A stretch of 64,000 bases of DNA from the human T2T-CHM13v2.0 reference genome, Homo sapiens: NCBI RefSeq assembly GCF_009914755.1, contig NC_060929.1; one strand, written 5' to 3'. Every line of letters starts with the position of its first letter. Position 1 is the first letter of the stretch. The notes under the pieces were generated by a model. That model ran no database searches. It was given only the letters and a program-made list of their open reading frames with translations, and was not told where the DNA came from. A program made the position numbers and the translations under genes. Shown here piece after piece: positions 14,186-27,320 of the stretch.

Positions 14186-14890
14186 GCTTATTCTTAAAAA
14201 GCAAAAAAATAACAGATGCTGGTGAGGTTGTAGAGAAAAAGAAACACTTATACTCTGTTGGGGGAAGTGTAAGTTAGCTCAACCACTGTGGAAGACAGTG
14301 TGGTGATTCCTTAAAGACCTAAAGACAAAAATACCATTCTACCCAGCAATCCCAATACTGGGTATACACCCAAAGGAACATGAATCATCTATTATAAAGA
14401 CACATTCACATGTATGTTCACTGCAGCACTATTCACAATAGAAAAGACATAGAATCAACCTGAATGCCCATCAATGAGAGACTGGATAAAGAAAGTGTGG
14501 TACGTATACATGTGGAATACTATGCAGCCATAAAAAGAACAAGATCATGTCCTTTGCAGAAACATGAATACAGCAGGAGGCCATTATCCTTAGCAAACCA
14601 ACAGGGGAAGAGAAAACCAAATACTGCATGTCCTCACTTTTAACTGGGAGCTAAATGATGAGAACACATGGGCACATGATGGGGAACAACACACACACTG
14701 TGGTCTGTCGGGGGCATGAGAGAGGAGAGATAAGATCAGGAAAAAATAGTTAATGAATACTAGGCTTAATACCTGAGCGATGAAATAATCTGTACAGCAA
14801 AGCCCCGTGACACACATTTAAACTATGTAACAAACCTGCACACTATGCCTGAACTTAAAATAAAAGATACAAAAAAAAAAAAAAAAGAAA
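14186..14890 (+). mobile_element. 5'-truncated L1PA13-like 3' end
   Basis: ORF2 C-terminus and 3'UTR (GGGAGCTAAATGATGAGAAC, GATGAAATAATCTGTACAGCAAAGCCCCGTGACAC), with poly(A) at about 14871-14890. Confidence 0.85.
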
Positions 14891-15166
14891 ATTTTTAGCC
14901 ATGCACTGGTGTCTCTGCCTCCCTTAACAGCCCAGGGGGAAATAATCGATTGGAGGGAGAGCACATCAGTCTGAACCATCCCAGATTCCAATACTCTCAA
15001 TTTTAAAATATGTCTGTCTGTATCTTTTGATCATCCATACCCAGAGAAACTCTGTCTCGAGTAGAAGAGAGACAGTTGATCAGCTCAGATGTGTGTAACT
15101 GTCAGGATCCAGTCAGTGTCCCTTCTAAGAGCAGCCCTCTGGTTTACAGAGTGTCCCACTAGTCCT

Positions 15167-15223
15167 GAGAAGCAATATAGCATAGCTGTTAAGAGACTGT
15201 ACCCTAGCACATCAGACCTTTAT
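15167..15223 (+). mobile_element. MIR 5' part (continues at 16362-16412 after the L1PA4 insertion)
   Basis: GAGAAGCAATATAGCATAGCTGTTAAGAG, resuming as GAGTTACTTAACATTTCTCTGCCTCAGTTTCCT. Confidence 0.6.
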
Positions 15224-16360
<1,137 letters not shown>

Positions 16361-16541
16361 TGACCTGTTGGGAGAGTTACTTAACATTTCTCTGCCTCAG
16401 TTTCCTTATATAGGGCATCCCCAGGTTTTTGCATGATCATCAATAACTTTAGACACCTCCTGTGCCCCAACTTATATAAAGCATGGACTGTGCGGTCAAT
16501 GTCACTATTCAATAACTCAAGGCGAAATTTGGCAGAGATTT

Positions 16542-16581
16542 TATATTAGTCAGGGTTATCTAGAGAGACAGAATAGGAGAA

Positions 16582-16619
<38 letters not shown>

Positions 16620-17009
16620 CTTTGTATAGGGGAGTTTATTAAGTATTAACTTACATGATCACAAGGTCCCACAATAGGCTGTCTGCAAGCTGAGGAGCAA
16701 GGAGAGCCAGTTTGAGTCCCAAAACTGAAGAACCTGGAGTCTGATGTTGAAGGGCAGGAAGCATCCAGCGTGGGAGAGAGATATAAGCTGGGAGGCTAGG
16801 CCAGTCTCTATTTTTCACATTTTTCTGCCTGCTTTATATTCGCTGGCAGCTGATTAGATTGTGGCCTCCAGATTAAAGGTGGATCTGCCTGCCCCAGCCC
16901 ACTGACTCAAGTGTTAATCTCCTTTGGCAACACCCTTACAGACAAACCCAGGATCAAGACTTTGCAACCTTCAATCCAATAAAGTTGACACTCAGAATTA
17001 ACCATCACA
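16542..17009 (-). mobile_element. MLT2A (HERVL) solo LTR with internal (TG)n
   Basis: TATTAGTCAGGGTT..CACAAGGTCCCACAATAGGCTGTCTGC..ATTAACCATCACA. TSD GATTT/GATGT. Confidence 0.9.
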
Positions 17010-17094
17010 GATGTAAACATGAAAGTGAAATGAAAAAAAGAAAGCGAGGGGAGATAAAGCAAAAAACAACAAAAAAGAATGAGGCACATTCTCT

Positions 17095-17297
17095 CATTCC
17101 CCCTTCCTCTTCATAGGGGAGCAGGCCATATTCAACGTGTCTTCATGGTGAAGGCTGCTGCTTGCTGTGCTATTAAGAGGATAATCCTTTGCTTCTGATC
17201 TTGGAGTCTTGTGTCTTCTGTCAGCATCCATGAAGCTGGCAGGCTAACTTCGTGGTTCGAAAGTAATATAAAATCTCAGGACTTTCAGTTCTTGGCA
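17095..17297 (+). mobile_element. 3' part of an ERVL LTR (MER54/MER74/MER76/LTR53 group)
   Basis: Group-typical end GGAGTCTTGTGTCTTCTGTCAGCATCCATGAAGCTGGCAGGCTAACTT..AAAATCTCAG..CAGTTCTTGGCA. Confidence 0.7.
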
Positions 17298-18670
17298 GTT
17301 CTGGCAATAAGAGTGGGAGGTTAAAGAAATGTGGCTTTCAGAAAAAAGAGTATGATGATCTCATAGGCTGATTGATTAACATGATTTGAGGAAAGTTGAT
17401 GGAAATTGGTAAAGGGTATTTTCACTAAATTTTATGGTCTGTTTGATAATAAAAGTTCCTCTACTTTATTAGATGATAATGAGCAGAAACTGGGAGAGAG
17501 GTGCAGGCCAATACCTGGAAGTAGGTTGAAAGACAGCTGCCCAAATGTTGCACTGTCCTTGTCAATCTGGGAAGGCAAAAATTTCTGCCATCTTTCAGAC
17601 AGCAGTTACAAAGACATGCACCTATAGTGAGCATGAAAGAGATAAAAGTTGTGACTGCTAGAGCTAGCAACATGTTGAATCATTAGATTCTGGTGTCCAT
17701 GGGAGATGAGATTGCAAAGAATGTATCATTTGTTAAAAAGAATGGAAACATCTGGGCCATTTTGCAACCCAACTCATTCTGTAGACTATCATGCTAACCT
17801 TAGGTTCATTCTGAGATTTTTGCAATGGGTTTTGGCTGCCATGAGGAGGGCTCTCCTGAAAAGATTTTCCTTAAATAGAAAAATTCCTGTGGAAAACCAC
17901 AGATAGAGGCACTAACTAGTTTTCAAGTTCTTATTGTCTAGATTGAGTTTACAGTGCCAATGAAGGTGACCTGCTAGATCAGGAGTCAGCAAATATTTTT
18001 GAAAGGGCAATAAAGTAAATATTTTAGGTTTTTAGACTAATAGCTTCCCTTACAACTATTTAACTGTATCTTTGTCGTACAAAAACTGCCACAGACAATT
18101 CACAGATGATCATGGCTGTTTTTTGATAAAACTTTATTTACAAAAACAGATGGCCAACCTACAGGCCATAATTTGTTAAAGAATGAGAAAGTAATATAAA
18201 GAATGCCTGATAAATTATTGTGGTGAGACCCATTGCCACGGAAAATTGTAGCTCTCACAATAAAGCTGGGTGAAAACTTAAAATGTGTTATCATAACAGT
18301 GTGGCAGCCAATGCCTTGGGTTGAAATGGACTTCTTTAAACAATTTCTGCCCTATGAGTGAAGCCTGAGTCAACCAGATGTCACATGCCTACATCTCTGT
18401 CAAACGCATTGTGGTTGTGGCTGCCAAGTTAAAGGGCACTCAAGGCTGAAGTAGATGTTCTTGCCACCCAATATAGAGTAGTGGGCAAACCTACAACATT
18501 GAAGTTTGCTTGGTTGAACCACAAGAACCTTGCTTACTGAGGTGGAATCACACATTTCACCGTGCTCCCCAGCTCTCCTTTCCCCCTGTGACAGCTTCAA
18601 TTTGAACGAGGTCTCCCTGTCTCAAAGCGATTTGCACCTTTCTAAGTAAGCTGGGAAATTTGGGGGAAGC
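17298..18670 (+). mobile_element. Decayed ERVL internal (leader/gag-like) sequence
   Basis: Directly follows the LTR end. GTGGCTTTCAGAAAAAAGAG and GAGCAGAAACTGGG resemble recalled HERVL74/LTR53-int. No intact ORF. Confidence 0.5.
17980..18180. mobile_element. MER58A hAT-Charlie MITE
   Basis: CAGGAGTCAGCAAA..GTAAATATTTTAGG..ATAAAACTTTATTTACAAAAACAG..GGCCATAATTTG. Confidence 0.8.
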
Positions 18671-18686
18671 TAGGCACTCAAAACCG

Positions 18687-18844
18687 TTTTGTTTTTCTTT
18701 TTTTGTTTTTGTGTTTTTGTATTTTTAGTAAAGACGGGGTTTCACCGTGTTCGCCAGGATGGTCTTGATCTCCTGACCTCGTGATCCGCCCACCTCGGCC
18801 TCCCAAAGTGCTGGGATTACAGGCGTGAGCCACCGCGCCTGGCC
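18687..18844 (-). mobile_element. Alu left monomer only (AluY/Sc8-like)
   Basis: GCCAGGATGGTCTTGATCTCCTGACCTCGTGATCC..GCGCCTGGCC. The right arm is absent and a T-rich tract is adjacent. Confidence 0.88.
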
Positions 18845-19046
18845 CAAAATTATTAATCTGCTGGACTATTTATGATCTGTTGCTAAAAGAGAGAAGGTTT
18901 TTTTTTCTTGTTTATATTTTATTAAAATTCTAGCCTTTCAAGGATCTGCGCCTGATGTGCTCTCTCAATTTTAAATCCTTATATTGCGTGTTTCAGGGCA
19001 AGGGCTTGTCTTTTAGTGCCACAATAACCATTAAAACACTAGTGTC

Positions 19047-19352
19047 GGCCGGGTGCAGAGGCTCACGCCTGTAATCCCAGCCCTTTGGGAGGCCGAGGTG
19101 GGCGGATCGCGAGGTCAAGAAATGGAGACCATCCTGGCCAACATGGTGAAACCGAAACCCTGTCTCTACTAAAAATACAAAAATTAGCTGAGCATGGTGG
19201 CGTGCTCCTGTAATCCCAGCTACTCCGGAGGCTGAGGCAGGAGAATCCCTTGAACCCGGGACGTGGAGGTTGCAGTAAGCCGAGATTCAGCCTGGCGACA
19301 GAGCAAGACTCCGTCTCAAAAAAACAAAAACAAAAACAGACAAACAAAAAAA
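19047..19352 (+). mobile_element. AluSc
   Basis: GGTCAAGAAATGGAGACCATCC and CAGCCTGGCGACAGAG, with a short internal deletion. Imperfect TSD AAAACACTAGTGTC/AAATCACCAGTGTC. Confidence 0.9.
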
Positions 19353-20619
19353 ATCACCAGTGTCTTGGTTACCAACAATGTCAAATATACCCAGGCTTGC
19401 TGTACACTAGCTTCGGTTTATCACTTTGGTTTACTTCTTACTTTTTTATTGATTGGTTGGAAGGTGGGTGGCTACCGGGGATATGCCTCAGTGTTTCTTG
19501 TGAGTTTGGCTATGCCTGTAAAAGGATTTTGTTTTATTTAATTCAGTAATTCTGGGTATTTTACATTAGAGATAATATCAGAATATCTAATTGACTATAA
19601 TAGTTTTAATAAGCCATTCTCATCTTCTATATTATTAACAGCTTGGTGATCTGGAGTGATATGGATTGTGATAATACACGGTAAATTCCTCATTAATTTC
19701 TTTTGTTTTTCTTCATTGTTTATTTTCTTTTCCTTAAAAACTAGCTTCCTTATACCAGAAACAAAAGCTTGTTTCATATGCTGCACAGATAAATACATGA
19801 TGTACCTTTTAACAATGCTCTATTATTTGGGTAGAAGTCAAGAAAAGAAAGTTGAAACCTAGACTTTGGGTAAAAATAAAACACCTCTGCCTCCAAGAAG
19901 AAAAGGCAATCAATGTATACGCTATTTGCATGCTCACCTAGATATATACTGCTATATAAGAAGGCTCAAGACTGGTCATTGATATTAAAATTAGGCAATT
20001 TACAGTAATAATAGCCACATTACCCTCTGTGAGGTAAAATTCATATTGTTGAATGCATGACTTTCCTCTGCAGTACCATTATAGTCATACATTTTATGAT
20101 CCCATTGACTCATGCCTTCAATGGCTGTGGTATAATCTGACTGACATGCACAAATAGATCAATTTCTCAATGTGATTATTCTTCCACTTTACCAGATTTT
20201 TGGTGACTATTTTACTGTTAACTAAATGTCTTCTGATTCTGGGCATATTAAAGAGATTATCAACTCACATAATTTTTGCAAAATTTCTTGGTTGCTTATC
20301 TTCCAACATTGTTTCTTCTAAGTTTTGGATAGTGTGCCAAAACATAATTAGTATAGACCCTTAACTCAGGCTTATCTGCATTTAAAGACATTGTGAAAAA
20401 TAAAGTCTAAAGCTTGAAGGTCTGCCTATATGAAGTATGCTTTTCTCCCTTCTGTTTAAGGAGGATACCTAAATTCTATAGCAGATTTCTACATGGCTGA
20501 TGCAAGATCATTTGTTAAAAATTTAGCAAATATTGTCATTATGAAAATGCAGATACCCTACTCATTCAACTTCTGTGTGTATTAAAAATTTATTTTGTCT
20601 GATCTAGTAGATATTAAGT

Positions 20620-21410
20620 CCAATTAATGACATAGTGTTACTCAAAGACTGACTTCATACCTAAATTATAAGGTAACTCCCAGACCACCATTGGTTTGAT
20701 TATCATCTGGTGTCCTGTGGTTTTATTCTCTACTAAGACCCAATAAAAATCCAAAAGTTGTTTCTTAAAAAGAGAACTGATGTTTTCCAAAGAAGAAATG
20801 TCTTTGCTCTAAAGCTCTAAGACTGTAAGTTTTCTTAGAGTGTTTTATAATCCCCACTACAGCATCCCAGTTTCCCATTGGCTCCAGAGATTCAAAATGT
20901 CCAAGTGACAGAACTGCTTTACTTCTAGATTAGAAAAGTGTAAATATTTTTTTTATTTTCCCTTGGATCTGTTAAATGTCAGCAAATTTATATCACCCAG
21001 GAGATAAATCAGAGTACTACAAATAACTATGAGAATACTAAATATTGTGCTACCTTCTTAGTGTTAGAGGACAATTTCTAATAACTTTCACTTTGAGGGG
21101 ATAGATGGACATGACCCAAACCACCACAATGCATAATCATTATTGAGATCTCAGGACACTAAATTTTCATGGAATTTATCTCACACGTTCTGGCATGCAT
21201 GTAACTCATCAAGGTGTAGAGTTACCTAACATTGCGTGTTTCCCAGCCCAGTGAATATAATACCATTATTATAAAAAATTAGTATTAGGCCCTATAGATG
21301 GTGATGGTGGGATGCTCAATTTTTCTGATAGATTTAATTGTAGTACTAAGCTAGAAAACATATATATCCCAAGAGGCAAGGTAGTCAATTTTAAACTACA
21401 GCCCTGTCAG
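20620..21410 (-). mobile_element. Decayed ERVL pol (RT/RNase H region)
   Basis: Blocks CCAAGTGACAGAACTGC, ATTTATCTCACACGTTCTGGCATGCA and ATATATCCCAAGAGGCAAGGTAGT are collinear with antisense HERVL pol as recalled. May extend left to about 19900. Confidence 0.55.
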
Positions 21411-21759
21411 ATAAAAGTCTTTATTGTGTTGGGAAATAAAATACATTACTGAGATGAATATCTGGAGAGCAGATACCAGAATATCCATTTTCTTTAGTAA
21501 AGAACAGTCTCTGCAAATGTACTATATTCATCCATAATTTTTTTAACCTTGTAAGGTATATTCCCTGTAATATTGTAAGGTGTAATATATTACCAAAGAT
21601 TTTAGTTGTTATCATCAGGAGAAACAGACAGCAAAAACTCTGAGAGAAACTCCATCTTTCTGGCCAATCTACCACTTTTGATTACTGTTCAGTAGTCTCA
21701 GGTAGTAGAAATTTAATGAAGACTTTGAGCAAACAACCACCATTCAAGTTACCACCCAA

Positions 21760-23228
21760 TCCTAGACTTAACCTCTGTGGCATGAGTATAGATAGACCCA
21801 AAGCATATGACAAAGCCTTCAAAACTGAATTGGCATTAGAACTAACACCTTCAAAAGTTCAGACCATACTTGTAGCATGAACTACACCACTTTTATTTTC
21901 TGCTAAGAGAAACACAGCAACATTCTCCTGAGGATTTATATGGGACCCAGAATTTATGCAACATATTTTTTAAATGCTCAGTATACAATTCAAAATTACT
22001 CGACATATAAAGAACCAGAAACATGTGACCAATTCTCAAAGGAAAAAGCTAATACATAGATACTAATTATGAGATAATTCAGATGTTGGCATTATCCAAG
22101 AAATTACAGCAGCTATTGAAGCAGGATATTACCCTGACCCTTTCAAGGGACTCATGACAGGGATGCCTCCTTAACTCAGCCTGCTGCTCTCAGGTCCTCA
22201 CAGGAGGGAGCATGTGAGCAAACTAGGCAGGAACTGGAGGGCATGAGCACTGAACAGGATGGCAGCTTCAGCGCCAGAAGAAGTGAATTCCAGGCAGGCC
22301 CTGCTACAGCATCTGTAAGGGGTGCCTGCAACCCCTAAAGCCCCAGAGCACATGTTACAGTGCTCTTTTAGCTCTGCCAATTGTGGACAGCTTAAATGTT
22401 AAAAGCTCAGTGGGCCCTTTGCCTCGTGGTTTGGGGCAGGTGCCATCTGCCAACAAGGGCAAAGGGCCAGTGTGACAGCCTTTCATATTTGCACGGCTCC
22501 CAAGCTCTTGTCCAGTGTTTGTAAAAATGAAGTCACATGAATGAATTGAAGAATGGTAAATGTGAGGGATTTTATTGCCAATGAAACTGGCCCTCAGTGG
22601 GGAGGAGAGCTGAAAAGGGGAGTGAAGGGGTTAGGTAATCCTCCCCTGAATTCTGGCTGTCTCCAGCCAGATTCTTCTCCAAAGTTATGCCATCAATTGT
22701 CCCCTAAATTCAAGCCACTTCTCTTCAATGTCCAGCTGCTGCTTCTCCCTGCTGGCTGAGTCTGGAGTCTTTATAGGCACAGGATGGGGCTGGGCAGAAC
22801 CATGGGTGGTTTAGGAAAAAACAACATTCAAGAGGGAAAACAGGGATATATATTCTCACTTTGGCCTGTGGTTTCAGGCTTTTCGACTTGAGGGTAGGGT
22901 TTTCGCTGGGACCTACCCTTTCTGCCTAGAATTTCTCTGCCTCCTGTTCCAATCACTATTATAACGGTCTTCTATGAAGTAAAGTTTACCACGTGAAACA
23001 AATGGAAAGAGAGAAGTTGTTAGCTCAGAAATAGAAACTATAAAAAAGAAACATGAATTTTAGAACTGAAAACTACAGTATTTGAAACTTTAAAGAATCC
23101 AATGGATAAACTCAATTAGCAGAATGGAAATGGCAGAAGGGACATTTAGTAAACTTTAAAATATGCTAATAATTATTTAACCTGAAGAACAAAGAGAAAA
23201 ATACTTAAGAAATAAACAAAGCCTCAGT
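21760..23228 (+). mobile_element. Old L1M 5'/ORF1 fragment, interrupted by an LTR at 22117-22955
   Basis: CAAAATTACTCGACATATAAAGAACCAGAAACATGTGACC. GCAGCTAT|TATAAC rejoins across the LTR. TTTTAGAACTGAAAACTACAG. Confidence 0.7.
22117..22955 (-). mobile_element. LTR28-like (LTR1/27/28 group, ERV1) solo LTR
   Basis: TG..CA termini. Reverse complement begins TGATTGGAACAGGAGGCAGAGAAATTCTAGGCAG. Perfect TSD CTAT at 22113-22116 and 22956-22959. Confidence 0.85.
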
Positions 23229-23234
23229 TTCGTG

Positions 23235-23630
23235 GATGCTTGTAAGAAGACTTGGGATTCTAAGGTCAGAGACCAAGGATCTCATTATTCACAGCACAGC
23301 CAACAGCTGTGTATATTTGATTCACTTCTTTTTCAGTACATTTAATTAGCTTCTCCTTACCACCATATCCCACTGGAGTGATGCATATGGACCAGAGGGA
23401 TACCTGCATATACAGAAGATCACACTACAAGAAAGGAACTCTGAGTTTAAGACACCCACATCATTTTATAACAAGTGATAAGCATTCCTCCTCTCTAATC
23501 TGGAGAAAGACACTATTATTTTCCAAAGAAATTCACTATACTTTATTGAAAAGGTAATCTGGAACAAAGACATTCAGTGCGCCTGGTCCCAAAACACACA
23601 GAAACAAGAAAGTCATAGAGAAAAAGAATA
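23235..23630 (-). mobile_element. MER76-like ERVL LTR
   Basis: GGTCAGAGACCAAGGATCTCATTATTCACAGCACAGC and GGTAATCTGGAACAAAGACATTCAGTGC. Confidence 0.55.
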
Positions 23631-25853
23631 TGCATGTACAAAACAAAAGTAACCTTTTTTGTGTTTGAGGCCTGCTTGATACTCTCTCCCCCTCCAACTC
23701 ATTTAGGGACATGTTTTATCAGGGTGCAGAGTTATTCAAGATGTAGGGTGCCTCTATGTTACTCCTAAGTCAATTACCAAAGTTATTGTTTCCCTTTTTA
23801 TTTTTCCTGGTATATATTCATTGAGTAAAAAATATGTTCTAAAGAATTAAACTATTCGTTAAGTTGTGCAAACAAATGAAATAAAATGACATATTTTCAG
23901 TACTTTAACATCACTGTTTAGTCTTCAAAGCATTAGTAGATAAGTTAAAAAAAATCACAGATACTTAAGCTTCTTTTTGTTTCAGAGGTGGGGGAATAAT
24001 AGGGGTAAAGAGTTACTGCCATATTCTTATCCAAGATTTAATGTTTCATAAATCCCAGGATTACCCATATGAATTAAAAGTTGTGTATTTGTAAATAAGT
24101 TGTCATAATGTATTTCTATTTTTTATTTTCATAAAAATAAGCCTCATGCTGTAATTAAATTCAAATATAAGTGGTATGTAGGGCATATCAGCATAGTCAC
24201 ATTGCTAAGGACCAATTTCACAGTTGGAATTAAATGTTTTTTTAATGGTAATGAACTATGCACATGACGACTATTACTTTTGAAAGTAAAATGTAGGTTT
24301 TCAGCAGGAAGACAAAAGAATAATATTGGTAAAAAAAAAACAGTTCTTTTTTAGAAAATAAACTAGAAATTATTTATTAAGTTTGGATAAAGTTCACTAC
24401 CTTTTACTACACTAATCCAATGTTGTTAATATTCTGTTCATTATTTAATATATTGAATCAGGTAACTATATCCCAAAACATAGTTTCCTTTAATTCAGTT
24501 GATTATTCAGTTGATTTTTCCTTTTCACGCAATTATTATTGCTGGAATAAAATATATTCAGTATTAGTAATAGCACATTTCAGTATTCTTATTTCTAACT
24601 ACCACACACATAAAACAAAACTTTTGAGATGTCCTTTAAGTTTTAAGTAATTATTGTGTTTTCATGCAGGAGGCAGGTAATAAAAGCTTATCTTCCTCTC
24701 TGGAGTTCAGAAACAAATAAGGATCAAGATAACAGAGAGATGGAGATGAAATGTTAGATTTAAGGATAAAGTTTATTAGAGAATAGGGCTTTAATGTATG
24801 AGAAATGAGGCTTTTAATAGTAGAGAGGTGCTTTCCTAGTCACTAGAGCAACTGAACAACTGCAGAATACTGAAATAGGCAGAAAAGCTTTCTTGTCACT
24901 CTTAACTATATACAGAGAGTTACCAGAATGTCCACGTTGTGGGTCAGCACATCTGAAAATAGGAAGTGCAGAGAAAGCTGAACAAAGCGTTATCAGTTCC
25001 TTATTACAATTCCACCACTGGGGAGGAGTAAATGAGCAGTGAAAGACACAATTACATTGGAGTTCTCTCATGGAAACATGAGGTCACAGGAAAGGAGGTG
25101 CGTCTAACAAGAAGGTTGCTAAGATTTATGTTGATATGAAAGAAAACTAGATAAGATGTCAAAAAAAACTTGTATTTACACACTAGTTTTGTAACTAATT
25201 AAATTTGTGGCTTTGCCAAATCATAACTATTTATGGTAACTGTTCATTTATAAAACAGATGTTATAATACAGGCAGCACTACCAATTAATTACAACACAT
25301 GTCCTACTGGGTTATTAATAAAAGAAAAGTTATATATGTTCACATGCAATAATAATGCATTTGCTTCTTGCCTATCTTATTTTTGTCAAACGTCCAAGCT
25401 GCCAGTATTTTACAAAAATTATTATACTAAAATTAAAAATGAACTAAGAAGCGAGACAGTTGAGTGAAACATTTGTGATTCAAAGCAATTATAGATGATG
25501 CATTTGAAGGGAGTGTTGAGACCTCAGTATTGTATTCCATTGATTTCCTGATATTAAGAGTAATGATTCTGACTGGTATATATTTTTCCATAAGAAAATT
25601 AGGTTTACTACATCTCACTATAATCATTGAAAACATGAGATTCTACAGTTGAAATATACATATTGGGCAACCTTATTTTAGGGAAAACCTGTTACTTATT
25701 TCAGCTTACATTACTGCAAATAAGGAATTCTCTCTCTCTTCTCTATCTGGTTAGGAAATATGGAAGGAAAAAACTTCTGTCTCCTTTTGTTATTTGTTCT
25801 TTTCTAAGAGAGAAGGGAAATGTTACTAATCAAAAAAACGACAGATATTGAGC

Positions 25854-26275
25854 TGTCTTGGTTTAAAGCCTATCCTCAAAGTCTGGCAAAGATTTGATGG
25901 CAGGAAGTTTATTTGACAGGTGATCCCAGGACGTAGAAGTTAGATTAGTAAGAAAGGTAGCACAGGGAGAGATAAAAGCTAATAAGGTTTATTTTAATGA
26001 GCTGCTTACTGCTGTGGTGAACTGAGCATTTTACTTGCTGAGGAATCTTGAAGAATCTTGAAGAATGCACTTCAGAACTGTACTAATAGAAGATAGAGAG
26101 GCATTTATCATTTAGAAGACTTCACACACTTCTAGGCTGAGCTTCATATATTCCTGGGACAGAAAAGCAGAGCCCTCCAAAGAACCCTTTTGATATTGGA
26201 TGCTGGCAATAAGTGTGGATATGTCAATCATATCTGCACTGAAATTAGGCCAGAGGAACATGCTCCAGGGCGCTG
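25854..26275 (-). mobile_element. LTR33-like ERVL LTR
   Basis: GGAAGTTTATTTGACAGGTGATCCCAGGA..GAATGCACTTCAGAACTG. Confidence 0.55.
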
Positions 26276-26844
26276 TAAGTTTTTTTTCTATTGGGCATCA
26301 TTATTACAAGAAATCCAAGTAACCATTGTATTAAATGGCAGGACTGATTATCTTTGCTTTCTCTCTATTTCACGTTTTCTTCCTGTGTTCCAGTCCTAAC
26401 ATGAATTCAGGGTGGCTACTGGCAAAGAGTTAGGGAGAGGTCCATGTCTGAGCCAGGCTCTCCAGTACAATTTCATTAAACTTCTGAGTTTGGGAAATTG
26501 TCAGTAAATTGACTAGTCATTAATAAAGATTGTACTTTGCATCCCATTACTCATCTGTGAGTTTTCTGTCTATGTCAGTAATCTAGAAATGAGAAAGAGT
26601 GAAACTTACATTCTTAAGACCTCCAAAATGATTATACTTTGTCTGCAAAGCAGTTAATCTCAAGCTCTTCATTCTCTACATTTACTAAACTCTATCATTT
26701 AGTAAATTTCCTATGTTGGAGAATTGCCTGATTTTAACTTTAGTTTTAATTAATTTATATGCTTATATTCTGTTATATATTTATTATAAATATATTATAC
26801 TAATATGAGATACACAATAACTTATATATGAACTAGGTTTATGA

Positions 26845-27320
26845 TGAGCTAAGTTTGTGATGAAGTTGCACAAAATTGTGGCTTAGAAGCAATATAATGT
26901 TGTCTCTCTAACATAAATGTCAGAACGTTAATAGTCCAGGGCTGGACAGCAACTGTGACCCATAAAGACCTCTCAAGTTCCATTCTCTCACTTCTTGCAT
27001 TATACTGGACTTTCATTTCTAAGATCACTTTATGGGCTAAGACAATTCCTCCAAATTGAGTCTTCATAAACATACTCTATGCAACAGAAAGGAGAAGAGA
27101 CAAAGAAGCAGGGTTAAAGGCTTATGCTAGCTATTGTATGAGAAAGATTCACACAGTAATCACGTTTGTATACCAATGTTTGATGGTTTGTCACTCAGTC
27201 ATGTCTTAGCTGTCAATGAGGCTAGGAAATGTAGATTTTACTTTGGGGAGTAATGTTCCCTGTGAGTATTTCAGAGCACTGTTAATATGGAAGAAAGAAA
27301 GATGGTTGTTGGGGTTCCAC
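26845..27320 (-). mobile_element. MLT1J/K-like MaLR LTR
   Basis: GTGGCTTAGAAG..AGTCCAGGGCTGG..GAGGCTAGGAAATGTAG. Confidence 0.55.
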
